From NCBI GenBank assembly GCA_000934665.2, contig JYFJ02001715.1:1-64000 (forward strand): DNA of 64,000 nucleotides. The letters are read 5' to 3'. Below, one piece after another: positions 1 to 13,700 of the stretch; the stretch's first letter is position 1, and every line of letters starts with the position of its first letter. A program made the position numbers and the translations under genes. The DNA comes from Catajapyx aquilonaris (lineage: Eukaryota). The notes under the pieces were generated by a model that searched no databases, was not told the DNA's origin, and saw nothing but the letters and a program-made list of their open reading frames with translations.

Positions 1-831
1 GCACTCTCCACATGACGATGTCCGAACACGACCAGTTGCCAGGTAACGCCAAAGTCGTTGTTTACACTTGTTATATGCTATTGTGTCCAGCACTGTACCT
101 CCACCCCTTGCAGGACCCTGAGAGTGGCAGAAATGATAAGAGGAAGGATGTGCCACATATTCGAAGGAAAGTGGTAGCCTACTACGTGAACCTGAGTTAA
201 GCGTTAAGGTGATGACCCGCTCCGGACAAACAAACACACAATCACTCGCAGTTCATATTGAACTTCAGAGCTCATGCTGATCCTGATCCTGATCATAAAA
301 ATTATGATACTGATGTTTGAGCATTAGTCGCCCGACAGTGGTCCCCCTGGTGGCAACAGCAATAATAATCCCTTCGCATATTATCCAGTGCGAAAACAAC
401 AAAAGCATGCGAGAAATGCCAATTTGGCAGCCATTTTGAAGTTTTCCAGGCCTGGAAATGAATGCGGTGGGGAAGCGGGGCGAGAATTAGTTTTCATTCC
501 CTACTCCCCCCCCCACCCCCCTTTCCCAACCTACTCCCTGTTTTGCGCCTCCCTGGGCTTAAATTGCCAACCGGGTAGAAGGGAAAAGAAGGGGGGAGCC
601 CACAATTCACTTTCCTACTCCATATATAGGCCCTCCCTCAGAAAGTGGGAAAGAAAAAGGGGGTCAAGTGCGGACTGGTAATATCCAACAATCCAACTTG
701 ATCCTAGGGATATCAAGCATTCCGCCATTTTGAGGACATAGGAAGATCCTACGTAACCTGAATATATTATTACCGGAGTCTGGTTGGCCAATATTGGGTT
801 AAAACGACCGTTAAAGCTGTGTTTTTAACAT

Positions 832-1630
832 GTAAGCTTGCGGCTGGCAGCCATCTTGGGTGCGTTCGAGTTCGCGTAGGGTGCGTTCTGGCGCATATGT
901 TACGTGCTAAAACGGGATACATTAAAATTGTTTAAATTAATCAAATTAGTCAGTAAAATCTGTTTCGACCCGTAAGCTTGTGGCTGGCAGCCACCTTGGG
1001 TGCGTTCGGGTTCGCGTTGGGCGCGTTCTGGCGCGTGTAATATGTTACCTTTCATACAGTATTTTGAAGAAAGATAGGTTTAAAATCAGTAACAGCTTGA
1101 CCAGGGCACATGAAATCTTGAAATCTTTTTGAAATCTTCTATATAAATAAAGCCGTTAGTCGTTAGTGAGTCTGTCTGTCAGTCTCTCTGTCCGCCTGCC
1201 AACCGTCATTTGCCTGCCATCTGTGCTCCACCCCCAAGCCGGAAGAGTATGGAGGTGTAGGGGGTTGACTACAGATGGCAGGCAAATGACGGTTGCCGTT
1301 AAACAGGCGGGAGAGGTTCAAGGTATTGGAGTAGCAGGACCACAGATGGCATTGGTGGAACGTCAGTAAAAAAGGATTTAACCTGTAAGTTTACGGGTGG
1401 ACGCCGCCATCTTGGGTGCGTTCCAGTGCGTGTAGGGTGCGTTCTGGCGCATGTTACATGTCAATGACTTTTAAAAACACTGGGTTAAAATTAAGTTAAT
1501 GCTAAAAGCTTAAAGGCTAAAGGCTACTTAATTTTTTTAAAATTAAGCAAATTGATCAGCAAAATCTGGGTTAACCTGTAAGTATGCGGCCATATTGGGC
1601 GCGTTCGAAAGAGTGCAGGGTGCGTTCTGA
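832..1630. repeat. Four spaced copies of a ~65-bp unit
   Basis: gtaagcttg..gctggcagccatcttgggtgcgttc..gttcgcgtagggtgcgttctggcgc at ~832, ~972, ~1385, ~1577. Confidence 0.75.
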
Positions 1631-2399
1631 TTGCTGTTTATATCCCCTATTCAGTCCCAAAGTTAACTCCTTTTCTCACCCAACTATCTAAATTTATAGC
1701 GTGTCGCAAGTGAGCTACACGTTTTACAGGCGCTAGCGTCGGCCGTACTAAGCAATTACCGCCAAGTGAACCAGTGTTTCCAACCTGGCCAATTAAAGCT
1801 CCGTGTGACCTTCCCACTCTCAGAGGTTTCAAAAAGAACTTATGTGAGTGTGTGTCAAGTGAATGACATAAAAGCCGCGTTATCGTAGTCACATACAAGG
1901 TGGAATAAACACGAAAAGTATGAAGGACAATTGAAGGTCAGTACCTGGCTGTACAGTACTCCTCCAATAATGTTCCGGACAAACTTCACAAAAAAAAAGG
2001 TCTGGTACGGCCACTATTTTTGATCAGACTGTACTCGGCTGTTTTAAGTCCGCGAAATCCATTAGCTGCGAATTCCTATAGTGAATTTTATAACCCGTCT
2101 ACTTCCGGAGTTCATGGCCATATAAGTTACAGTAGCTACAAAATAGCTCCCCCGGTAATCCACTCTAGAACTATTTAAGAGCCGGGTCCCAGACAGGTGA
2201 GAACTATTCGGGGAGAAAGACTGACTACACCTGGGTTCCACACTGTTTCCAAATGGCTTGCAATACGATACCAAGTATTTACAAAATTGGATCTAATCGA
2301 GGCAGTTTCGCCAGAATTTATGCGAAGCGAAGCGAATTATCCTAATCCGCTCCGGAGATAAAGTTTCTTACGAATTAAGGGAGATGTGCTGAAATATAT

Positions 2400-2960
2400 T
2401 TTCGATACTATCTATTTTACTGCATTGGTAGTTTGTTACTATACTATCGATTTTACTGCATTGATAGTTTGTTACTATACTATCGATTTTACTGCATTGA
2501 TAGTTTGTTACTATACTATCGATTTTACTGCATTGATAGTTTGTTACTATACTATCGATATCAGTGCATTTATATTTTTATTATTTGTACTGATAGTTTC
2601 ATGACTATACCATCGATATCAGTGCATTTATATTTTTATTATTTGTACTGATAGTTTCATGACTATACCATCGATATTAGTCCATTTGTATTTCTATTAT
2701 AGGCCACTATCATTTTAGCGCATTGGTATTTTGATATACTATCTATTCTAATGCATTTATAGTCATTGTTATAATATCGATTTCAGCGAATTGATATTTT
2801 TGTTATTATTCTATCTATTTTTCCACTGATAGTTTCATTACTATATTATCGATCTGATTGCATCGCTTGTCGAAAGCTGACATTGTTCACTGATAATTTC
2901 ATTGCTTACAAGCAATATTAGTGCATTGATATTTTCATTATTATGCTATCGATTTCATTG
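2400..2960. repeat. 36-bp ATCGAT-containing minisatellite decaying into a degenerate array
   Basis: tactatcgattttactgcattgatagtttgttacta repeated near-perfectly at ~2440-2560. Confidence 0.85.
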
Positions 2961-4290
2961 AATTCATATTTTACATCTGAATACGGATCTAACAGACCTC
3001 AAGGGGCAGCGGAAATCTGTCTGTTATAGTGGAATATACAGGCCATATATGGAAGTGTGGGGGAACCACCTTTCGAGTCTGTTATAACCGAAAGTCTGTT
3101 ATATCCGCATTCAACTTATACTATCATATGCACTGACAGTTTCATTACAAGACTATAGTTTTTAGTGCATATGTATTTTATTACTCTATACAATCGATAT
3201 TTAGTGCATATACATTTTTCAATTTTATTCTATCGATTGGAAATCGATATTGAAGACCTTGACCTTGAACGCAAAGCTGATAGGTAAGGTTCCTAGACGG
3301 GGTAAAAGTCCTAATGGAAAGTTCGATTGGGCCACTCTGCGGGGAAGCATAGTTTTTTAGTCTTCCAAAAATCCCTGAACATAAATCATTGCAAAAAAAA
3401 ACTATAAGAAGATGAGCAAAAAGTGAATTAATTTCCTGTTCGTAAGACACGCCCCTTATCAGCCCACCCTCCCAATCAATTATTCACTTCTGATCTTCTC
3501 CCACTACCACCCCCTACGATGCAACAGAAAGGAATAGAGATAATCAAATTTCATCTGAACCAGATTGAATCGGAATAGTATTACCGGATCTGGTAATATT
3601 TCATGCTTTAAAATAAATTGAGGACAGAAACGATAGTATCGATTAAAATCCATATTTACTCACATTTGGATATTTTGTACATAAAAAAGTGGTATTTAAT
3701 CGTCAGTAGTGCACCTATTTGAATTTTTGAGACACCTTACGATGGTATCGATTTTCTGTAAACAAAAACGAATGGGTTGAGCTGACATTTTCATTTTGCA
3801 AATTGAAAATGGCGTGAGATGCATGTGAACAATGTACGAGCTGTCATGTGTCGCTCCATTTCAATTGACGCGGACTAGCCCTGGACTTTTTGACCAATCC
3901 GATCGCGTCATGGATCAAAAGGCAGTAATGGCCACGTTGCATTGCACTCTCTGTATTTTACCAAATCAATTTTCTATTGTGGTTCGGTGTGCCTGGCCCC
4001 CCATTGCCATCGATAACCTGCAGTGTATTGGGCCCAGTGCACACATGAAACCAGACATTACTTGCCCATACTCAATGAGCCAATAAACAGTACGTGTGCC
4101 AGCAATTGTGACGAGTTTACTATTGTGATCGTCCCAGTGATAATATCAGGTATCTGCTGAATGATGATGTATGGACTAGTATACTAATCTGAGCACCACA
4201 TTTCTGAATAGGTGTTGCTGGAGTTGCTTGATCGGTAATATCAACAGATTCATGTCATCACCCGAACGATAATATCACAAAAATAGCCAG

Positions 4291-4692
4291 TGTTTACTAC
4301 TGTAACTACTTATTGATAATATTTGCAAGCACATCCTACTGGCATAGTGGCATTGCTGTAACGATATAAAATGGCCGAGTAGATGATCACTGTCATCACC
4401 AGGAGGATAGTATCGACAAGCATTCCATCTTCCCTCAACATTTAGACGATTATAATAATCAGCTTTACTTCACGATAATATAAATCCTCCTGCTGACAGT
4501 AGGCATATTGATATTATCGTGAAATGTATATGGTATTAGCGTTTAAATGTTGAGGTAAGATTTAATGCTTTTCGATACTATTCTCCTGGTGATGACAGTG
4601 ATCATCTATAAGGGCATACTATAATATCGTTACAGCAATGCCAGTAGGATGTACTTGAAGATATTATCCATGCGTAGTTACAGTAGTAAACA
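4291..4692. mobile_element. ~400-bp imperfect foldback (MITE-like)
   Basis: tgtttactactgtaacta...tagttacagtagtaaaca ends; internal gatgatcactgtcatcaccagga pairs with tcctggtgatgacagtgatcatc; centre near 4495. Confidence 0.75.
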
Positions 4693-6519
4693 CCCGTTAT
4701 ATATCTAAATGATACGATATCTCAATAAAAATGATGATAATAGTGATGATGATGATGATGAAGATTATAGTAATAATACTAATTGTTGAAAATACTGAGT
4801 TATTCTCTTCATTTCTTACGTACACCTGTTTTCACTGCCCTTCGTGCATAATTTCCGCGATACCACCGACCATATGATACCATCGATTCCATGCGTTTCT
4901 CCCCGACCTGCCCCAAAACTCCGGCATTGCGTCGAAAAAGGTGACGTCCCATTAGAGCCCCCTCCACGTAGGGGATTCCCACATTGACCTTCCCCCCATG
5001 CAGCCTAGGTAGGCCCGGATCGATACCATCTCCACGCAGCCATAATTTGGAGTGAGGGCCAGGTAGGGTAGGTGGTGGTGGGGGTGGGGGAGGGGGGGGG
5101 GGTAACACATGTGACAGATTTGGCCTCATGTCCTCCAGGGAATACCACGTTCCTATACACCCCAAAAAAACACAACCCTATGCGTGTATGCAGGTCAGAG
5201 GTCAAGGATTAACCCGGGTCATCTGTGGAAAATATTAAAAATCGGGATTGGATGAAAAGGTCTTGTCACAATAATGGTTTGACATTTTGTACTGTAAATG
5301 CTACGCCATGCGTTGCATGCATGGAGGACAAAGGCAGCATAACTCATCCTAGCGTAACGCAACCTTTCATACAGTGTGCATGTACAGTACGTTACACAAA
5401 CGGTACACACCCATTGCGGTTGGACATATGATTGAAGTATGACATTACACTTGTTGCCTGAAGTATGTAAAAATTAGATCATACGCATTGTTGTTACGTA
5501 CACTTCAAATGAAAGTAACTGTGCAGTACATTCCTATGTTAATGACTACTCTACAGGTGGTACATCAATTACTAAAATTAATTACTAAACAGGTCATGAC
5601 CTTTTGACCCCAATGACCCTTTTCATGAAGTAAAACCACGTAGGAGAGGTCGATTGATATTCGCAGAAAGTGTTAGGTATTCGGGGTGTCGCTTCTGGAG
5701 AACAGGACCACGAGATGCTGTGTGTCCTCATCCGTGAATCTGACTCAAACAATCTGGTGCTTTGGTCACGTCTGAGTCGCAGTCCCTGCTGAAAGTGCAA
5801 ACTGTCTTTGAAGTTTGTCAAACACAAATTGGCTTTCTGGCCACCAGGGTATGTTACAGGGTTCTGCAAAAGTATAATGTTCGCCATTTTTTTAAAGCTG
5901 AGTTTAAATTCGCGACTTTAATCCCCATGTTAATCTGGCTTCCTCAACGTTCCATTGTGTTGAAGCACATATCGTGCTTTGTTATGCCCCATTTTTTTTT
6001 GTAGACTCGTGGTGGAGCGAACCATTGTTGACTTTCATTACTGTCGAGGGGGGGCTCTTTTCACGCCCTAGAATTTTTTGGTTCGGGAGATTTATCGCCT
6101 TACTAAGTCCACAATTTTGCGGATGGGACTAGTCCTTGCTTCAAGTGCATTCCCATAAAACATGGTTTTGAAATAATCCAGGAAACAATGGAACTAGTGA
6201 AATCATTCAAAGTCCCAATAAAAATCAGCCTATTGATGGGATAATGATGGCTGGGTCAATACCTATCCGATTTATTTAGATATTTCGATATATTGAAAAA
6301 GTCGACAGTTCTATTCATCAAATATCGATCTATCTGCCTATCAATGCCATATCAATTTGCCATGTCTAATGAATGAAAAAATCTACGTATATAATAGGCA
6401 AAGTTTGCTGGTTTGTGTGTCCAATTTCTCCATTGCAACCGGTATTCATGGCAACCAGTGTCCGTGGCAACGAGCTGCCATGGAAACAAGCCGTGGGAAG
6501 AACGGGCTCCTTGCTATCG

Positions 6520-6850
6520 AATAAATAAATAATGAAAATAAATAAATAAATAATGAAAATAAATAAATAAATAATGAAAATAAATAAATAATAATAAATA
6601 AATAATAATAAATAATGAAAATAAATAATGAAAACTAAAAATAAATAAATAGTCATAAATAATGAAAATAAATAATGAAAACTAAAAATAAATAAATAGT
6701 CATAAATAATGAAAATAAATAATGAAAACTAAAAATAAATAAATAGTCATAAATAATGAAAATAAATAATGAAAACTAAAAATAAATAAATAGTAAAAAA
6801 TTAATAGTAAAGAATAATTAATTAATAAATAACTGAAATAAATAAATCTT
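6520..6850. repeat. A-rich minisatellite
   Basis: aataaataatgaaa units and a 47-bp higher-order repeat. Confidence 0.85.
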
Positions 6851-7509
6851 AAATATATAAAGTAGAAAGTTTGTTGGTATTTACGTATGTCAAAGCTACC
6901 TATCCCACTTCCGTACTACTGAGAGTACTGAAACTTGGCACACTGACGTCATATGTGTCACTGATCCAGGAAAAACTCCGAAAACTGCAAATGTTTGAGT
7001 CTAAATGCCGAAAATTTAGAATTTTTTACTTTATTTTGTTTGATGTCTTATCTGCTGTAATTGTGGCACAGATCTCATTTATTTATCAATCACCGTGCGA
7101 AGAACGGGTATCCTGCTAGTAAATAAATAAATAAATAACATCCACAATAATTATCAGGTGTATAACAAGTCTACCCGATATATCGAATATCGATTTTTCT
7201 GTACACGGCCGATATAGCCCATATCATTTTTCCGATATTAAATCGGCGGGTGTCGAACATCCCTCGGGGGCAACTATCATCTGCTCTATAAAGCCAGCTG
7301 ACTATAAAAATCTATATCCTGCATTTATCGCTTCTAGCCCTAGGGAGCCTTCCCGGATTTCCACCAGGTGGCAAAAACAGCACGGTTCATGTCAACAACA
7401 ATCCACAGGAAAAAAAAACATTGTTCCCAGAGGGCAACGAAGTTTATGATCATAAATCGTAGTGTGTTTCGTACCAATTTAAGTACCCATTATTGTTATC
7501 TTCCCACAG

Positions 7510-7718
7510 ACTTTCTGCGTGGTGTCGAAGAGGTTCAACAAGAACTATCTCCATCGTTTCACCGCCTCCAAGTCCTTCTTTCTATACTCCCCATGGAACC
7601 CGCTCCGACGCATAGCTGTGTACATTGCCACAAACCAGTATTTTGATTATTTTGTTATGGCCACTATCCTAGTCAACTGCTGCTTTCTCGCCATGACGCA
7701 ACCGGTGGAGCAAGCAGA
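7510..7718 (+). CDS. NaCP60E: Nav2 exon: N-terminus to DI S1
   Basis: cag|ACT TTC TGC GTG ([17 protein letters not shown]...TQPVEQAE), donor GA|gtaagt. Confidence 0.93.
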
Positions 7719-10700
7719 GTAAGTATCGATTTCTGACTATTCCGTCTCGAGAGTAACCCCNNNCCCCCCCCCCCCCCCCTTCCAGTTGTCTGTTGGTGTG
7801 TATACAATCCTCTGCTCTTCCCTCTGCCTCGGAACCTAAAGTTTCGGCCCGCTTTATTTGCCCCGGGGCGACTCTGTATGCAAACTAGGGCAGGGACAGT
7901 TCAACTTGATTGCAATTGCAAAGCTTTGTACTGCCTTGTTTTCCGGTCGCGGTGAGAGGAAACCGAGGGGAATTAATTCAAGATGGCGGGGTTCAAAATT
8001 GGCCAAATATTGTGCGAAAACCGACATTTTGGTCTATTTGTATAAAAATCGCAATGTTTTTACGAAAAGGCAGTAAAATTTAACCACCGTGTATTGAATG
8101 TCAGTCGATTCAATATGGCGGCCTGTACCGTCTCGAAACTTTGAGTGTAAATTTTGAGCTCCAGAACTGTTTTATTTGCATCAAAATTGCAGGTCGAAAT
8201 CAACGGGCGTGAACAAACCTGCAGGCAAAAAAATTATTCAACCAACACAATACATAGCAGTAAAATTATCACGGTCGCCTCCTGGATACAATATGGCGGA
8301 CTACATCGCCTCAAAATTTTGAGCGTAAATTATGGGCAACCTAACTGTTCTATATTCACCAAACTTGCAGCTCGAGATCCGGGGGCATGAACAATCCTGC
8401 AGCCGTAAAATTATTTAACCAACAGTACACACAACAGTAAAATTAAGCTTACAATAATTTCCCACCGTAACATGTTTGTTTCAAAATGGCGGGCTGCACT
8501 GCCTCAAAAGTTTGCGCGTAAATTTTAACCAACTCAGCTGTTCTTTACTCACCAAAATTTTAGGTCGATATCAGGGCAGGTTAAGAAGCCTTTAGCCACA
8601 AAATTTATTTTACTAATACCGGTACTCCAGAAAAGTAACAATTGCAATAAACTGCCACGGTCACCTGCACTGCCTCAAAACTTTTGAGTGTAAATTTTGA
8701 CCAACTTCATTGGTCTTTACTCGCCAAATTTGCATGTCAATATCAGAGCAGGTGAAGCAATCTTTAGCCAAAATTTTTCTTACGAACACTCCACAAAAGT
8801 GAGAATAATTGCAATAATTTGCGAATGTCACCTGCTTGATTCAATATGGCGGACTGCACCGCCTCAAAATTTTGATCATAATTTTTCAGCAATGTAACTG
8901 TTCTATATGCTCTAAAAATGCAGGTCGAGATCGGGGGTCATGAACAAACCTGCAGTCGAAAAATTATCCCGCCTGCACACTCCGAAACAGCAGAATTAAT
9001 CCTACGTAAATCACAGTGCCGCAGCAGTTTATTCGATTTTTAGACCCGACATTTAAATCCCGTCCTCCCACAGAACAGGAAGGCCCTTCGTGCCACGTAT
9101 TACCTGCTGCCTTCAGTGGGAAACTTGCATTTCTAATAACCATTAAAGCCTACTGGGAGCCCAACTCCATTAATTTGGTTCCACTCAAGCCACCTCCCTC
9201 TTCAGGGGTCCGAAGTGGGTGGCACGCCAAAAAATATCACCGCGCTACAACCTGACGGGGAATAAATTAACCCTCTTCTCTCCACCAATCAGCTGAGAAT
9301 TGTAATAGTCGAGGCTTTTGAGAGACATATCTCTCTTGAAATGCTTGGAAGCTATGAAGAGGGCTATGAATGGCGGCTGAGGTGAAGGGGGATGGGGTGG
9401 TATGGAGGGTGGGAAACAGGATTATAATTTCGCCCCCCCCCCCCCTTCAGTCTAAGGGGAAAGGAGAGGCTTCTGGGGAGATGATAGGGCATGTCTTGTG
9501 CAAGGTAATGCAGCATGCTGTTCCTTTGAATGGCAGGAATAGGAAGCAAATTCTGCTTTTCCTTTGACAAGGAGACTCACTTCTTCCACCATAATCCCTG
9601 TGCTACCTTATTTCCTACTCCATGTGCTTCCCTCAGGGTTTCCCTCTGGTGTCAGCCAAACGGAGGTAAATGGGCCTTTTTTGTTCAGAGAAATTGGGGA
9701 AAAAGTGACAAGGTACATGGACTGGAACATACCCTGCGTGTTTGCTGGATACTGTAGATTTTGTGAATAGTCATATATCAAATGCACGTTTACATTATGA
9801 TAGAGCATGTTCTTGGCCATGTTTCCTACATTTAGATTTTTCAAAATAATGTTGTGGAAACAGTGTAGCCAACAGCTTTTTTTCCTTCCCGTAGGATCGT
9901 CTTCCTCGGCATTTACACGGGAGAAATGCTGATCAAATCCGTAGCTAAGGGCTTCATCCTAAACAAATACTCGTACCTGAGGAACCCTTGGAACTGGCTG
10001 GATTTTGTGGTCATATTATCTGGCTACATTACCATGGGGGTGGACGTTGGTAACCTCGCGGGGTTGAGGACGTTCAGGGTTTTGAGAGCTCTGAAGACCG
10101 TCTCTATCATGCCCGGTAAGTAACCTTTGATATTGTTCATGTCTGATAGCAGTGATTAACACTATTGTCAATAGGTCTTCGGACAATCATCAACGCCTTG
10201 CTCAACTCCATCAAGCAGTTGGCGGAGGTCATGACCCTGACCGTCTTCTGCCTGATGGTCTTCGCTCTCTTCGCCCTCCAGGTCTACAAAGGGGAACTAC
10301 GCAACAAGTGTGTCCAATCCCCAGAAGGAATCACCATCACAGACGAGGTTTGGGACAGGTAGGTCTGTCCAAAAGTTTAATGTCGCTAAATGACCAAAAA
10401 TGGCGGTCCTCATTAAACTTTAAAAAAAATATGATGGCGATGAAATACGCGGCGTAATTTCGGTACCCCCAGCCATGTTGGGGGTAATCATGACAAATGC
10501 GGGTTAATTATTCAGGCGTGTAATGGCAGAAACTGGTTTTGCAGTGCGGTTCTTTTTTTGTGCGAGGTTGGTATTATTTCGGGAGGGTTGCGCAATGTGG
10601 AGTTTCGCAACTATGATTGGTCAGGTGGAAATTAACACTGCAGATGTTATCGCCAACAATGGAGAGGACTATTTTTTAAATAATTATAAGTGTCCCGACT

Positions 10701-13700
10701 TGGAGACTGGACATCAATATGGAAAACGGGACACTCATTACAGTGCTATTTTAAGACCTATTCACACTAACGCTAGACTGAGCTCAGACTAACGGATATA
10801 ACTAGGTTCTAACCACCTAACATTATTTCATACCAAACTTTGTCCAACAATGTCCTTACATCAAAAGTGTCCCGGACACTTTTAGCGAATGGACCCCCAT
10901 TGACCACAACTTTACCGCCAACTTTCGAGTTCAAATTAGGCAAAGTGGCGAGGTTAGAACCGGACTTTAAAAGTGGTCAAATTTTTTAGGACCAAGTTTT
11001 AGCCAGACGCGACCATAAAATCGATTTTCGCCATTTTTTTTGCTGGTCCCGCGAATGTGTTTTTTTTCTTCATTCTCATGATGGCTTCATCTGTAGACTT
11101 GTGCAATAGCCCTCCTGACTATGATTCCTGTTTTGCGACGCTTTTCCCCGGAAATTGCAAACATCTGCGCCCCTTCAGCGAAAATGAGTGCAAAACCTCG
11201 AAAACTTGCAGAAGATATGAGTATGCGAGAGAGAATTTTTTTTTGCGCGAAATAAAAAGGGGTACAAATTTTGCTTAAAATTGCGGTCTCAACTTTTTAT
11301 TGATGGCGCTAAATTTTCGCACGGAATATATATTGCAAAATACTTATACTTTTTTTTGGCAATATTTTTTACAGTTGGGTGCAGAACCAATCCCATTGGT
11401 TGATGAGGGAGGAAGAACCGGTGGTGTGTGGGAACATGTCAGGTTCCAGGTAAGATTTAATTAATTAACTAATTAATTATTTAAATTTATTTGAAGAAAT
11501 CCGTCGATATCTTGCCTATATTAAAATGAAAATATTCGAACATTGTGTGGCGTGCCCTGCAGGATATCCCTTATGCACAATTTTTATTAATAGTTGAGAG
11601 AAATAGTTATTTAGTTATTTATGTAGCTACATAGTTATGTATTTATTTGGTTATGTATTTATTTGCTTATTCCTATATTTAGCTATTTATCATGTTATTT
11701 GTATAATTAGATATTCTGTTATTTGTGTAATTAGAAATCCTGTTATTTGTGTAATTAGATATTCTGTTATTTGTGTAATTAGATATTCTGTTATTTGTGT
11801 AATTAGATATTCTGTTATTTGTGTAATTAGATATTTATTTAGTTATTTACATAGCTACTTATTCGGATATTTCTATATTCTATAAAATATTTATTTCCAG
11901 TAATTTTTAGAGTTAGCTTTATTTAGTTATTTATGTAGTTACATATTTATGGAAATCCGTTGATTACTTATCATATTTTAACACTAAAATTCTTTACATC
12001 TTTTGCTTAGTAACAGGGTGATATGCTCTACAGGACATTCCCTATGCGCGTAATGGCTACATATTTGGCATGTAAACAATAAATTGTTTTTAAGTGTCTT
12101 AATATTAATATTTTGGAGTCTTAATTTATTGTGGGTTTGTGACAAAAATAGAAATATTTTACGTAGGCTATACACTGTACTATTGCGACCAAAAAGATTG
12201 GCCCCACATTGAATAGTCTCAATTTTTTTGATCGATATAGTACGTACTATTTTATTGTAAATTTTTGTCACTAGCGCACTCTAGTAGTGATGAAAGACCT
12301 TTCATCTGGTGTACAGTACATCAAATCAGACCCGTAACTTTTTTGTGCAGTACAGGAAGCCCCGCGTCCCTTATTATTGGCAGTTCTGCCAATCAACAAT
12401 GAGGCGGCTTCCTCCAGGAAACTGGATGAACTTTGTGGGTTGCCAGATGATTAAACCAACTATTGCTTTACGATACTGGGGAGGTCGACAATGCACATAA
12501 AACCGGACTTAAAGCCAAGCGATGTGCCCCTTTAAAACAAAGGGTCGAGCATAATTTAAACTGGCAACCTTGCAGTGTGCACCGAATAATAGAAACTGTG
12601 GCGTGCACTCTGGGGAAGGGTATGGAATTAGATGTACGGTGGGAGAAAGGGCTACCGCCATTTGCGTAGCTCTTTGCAATTGTCAACAAGAACGTGGTTG
12701 GAAACCCTCCGCGGTTTGTTTTGTGCTAATGCTGAAAAGAGCACTTCATTCTCTTTAAGAACTTTGGATACAAAATGGCTGACCATACGTTCATCCAACA
12801 TACATTTAACTGCTAACAGTTATTGTTGCCATTCTGGTGTTACCGCTATTCGCTGCGGTCACTTTGTACTATGGTGTTATCTGTATGGATTTGAGGATGA
12901 CCAGGGCCCTGCCAGGCACGGTCATTGCATGATTTTCCAGTACACACATCCTAACTTCTTTAAAAAATAGCCATGTCCTAAATATTGCGACTCTGTGGTT
13001 AAGCCACACAAGTTAGGGTTTCAAAATAGCATTTCTTTTGTCCCGCACTGTACCTGACGATCTGATTGGTAGAGTAGAAGGTGGGGGAGTTCTGGTCCAC
13101 CAATCAGATCGTCAGGTACAGTGCTGGACAAAAGAAATGCTCTTTTGAAACCCTACCGTGTATGGCTTAACCACAGGGTGTCTGGTGAGGAGTGGAGGCG
13201 TCTGGGTGGATTTTGTATCCGCAACATTTACATTCCGTATAGTAGCGCCACAACGAACGTTATTGTGGCTTTTCCAATCTTCAAGCACAAACTGACCCTC
13301 TCTTTCTATACCTTTCAGAGTCTGTCCTCTAGGTTACAGATGCCTTCCTTTCATTGGTGATAACCCAAACTTCGGCTACACCAGTTTCGACAACTTCTTC
13401 TGGTCCATGCTGACAACCTTCCAACTGATCACACTGGACTACTGGGAAAACGTCTACAACCTGGCAAGTCTAAAATGTTTCACACACAAAAAAAGACGCC
13501 ATTACTGGTCCTGCATGAATGTAACACTATAGGGATGGGTTTGGATCGCATTTGAAGAGACAAGGGAATTTATGTGTCTCATTTGGCATTCGGAAGAGAA
13601 GGCTTTTGAGAGCTGTAGAGAGGACTTCTCTTCAGGGGATGCGGGGATGGGAGTGGGGGGAGATCTAGGCCTCCACTTCCCACCTCCACAACACCATTTG

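Noticed and set aside
1..200. Possible exon pair with a 48-nt GT-AG intron (43-90), ending in TAA at 200
   Set aside because: The translation resembles neither the Nav2 N-terminus nor any protein I recognise, so I cannot support a gene call.
2440..2560. Regular 36-bp repeats (also the 21-33-bp arrays elsewhere) as CRISPR-like arrays
   Set aside because: They are head-to-tail with no unique spacers, there are no cas genes, and the context is eukaryotic.
201..7509. Search for the missing Nav2 first coding exon (expected ...PLEEID..IYEE)
   Set aside because: No matching segment seen; it probably lies upstream of the window.
7755..7780. Poly-C/G tracts (also ~5065-5102, ~36900, ~41840, ~51025) as G-quadruplex elements
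   Set aside because: Several contain ambiguous n bases, so their lengths are unreliable, and nothing supports a function.
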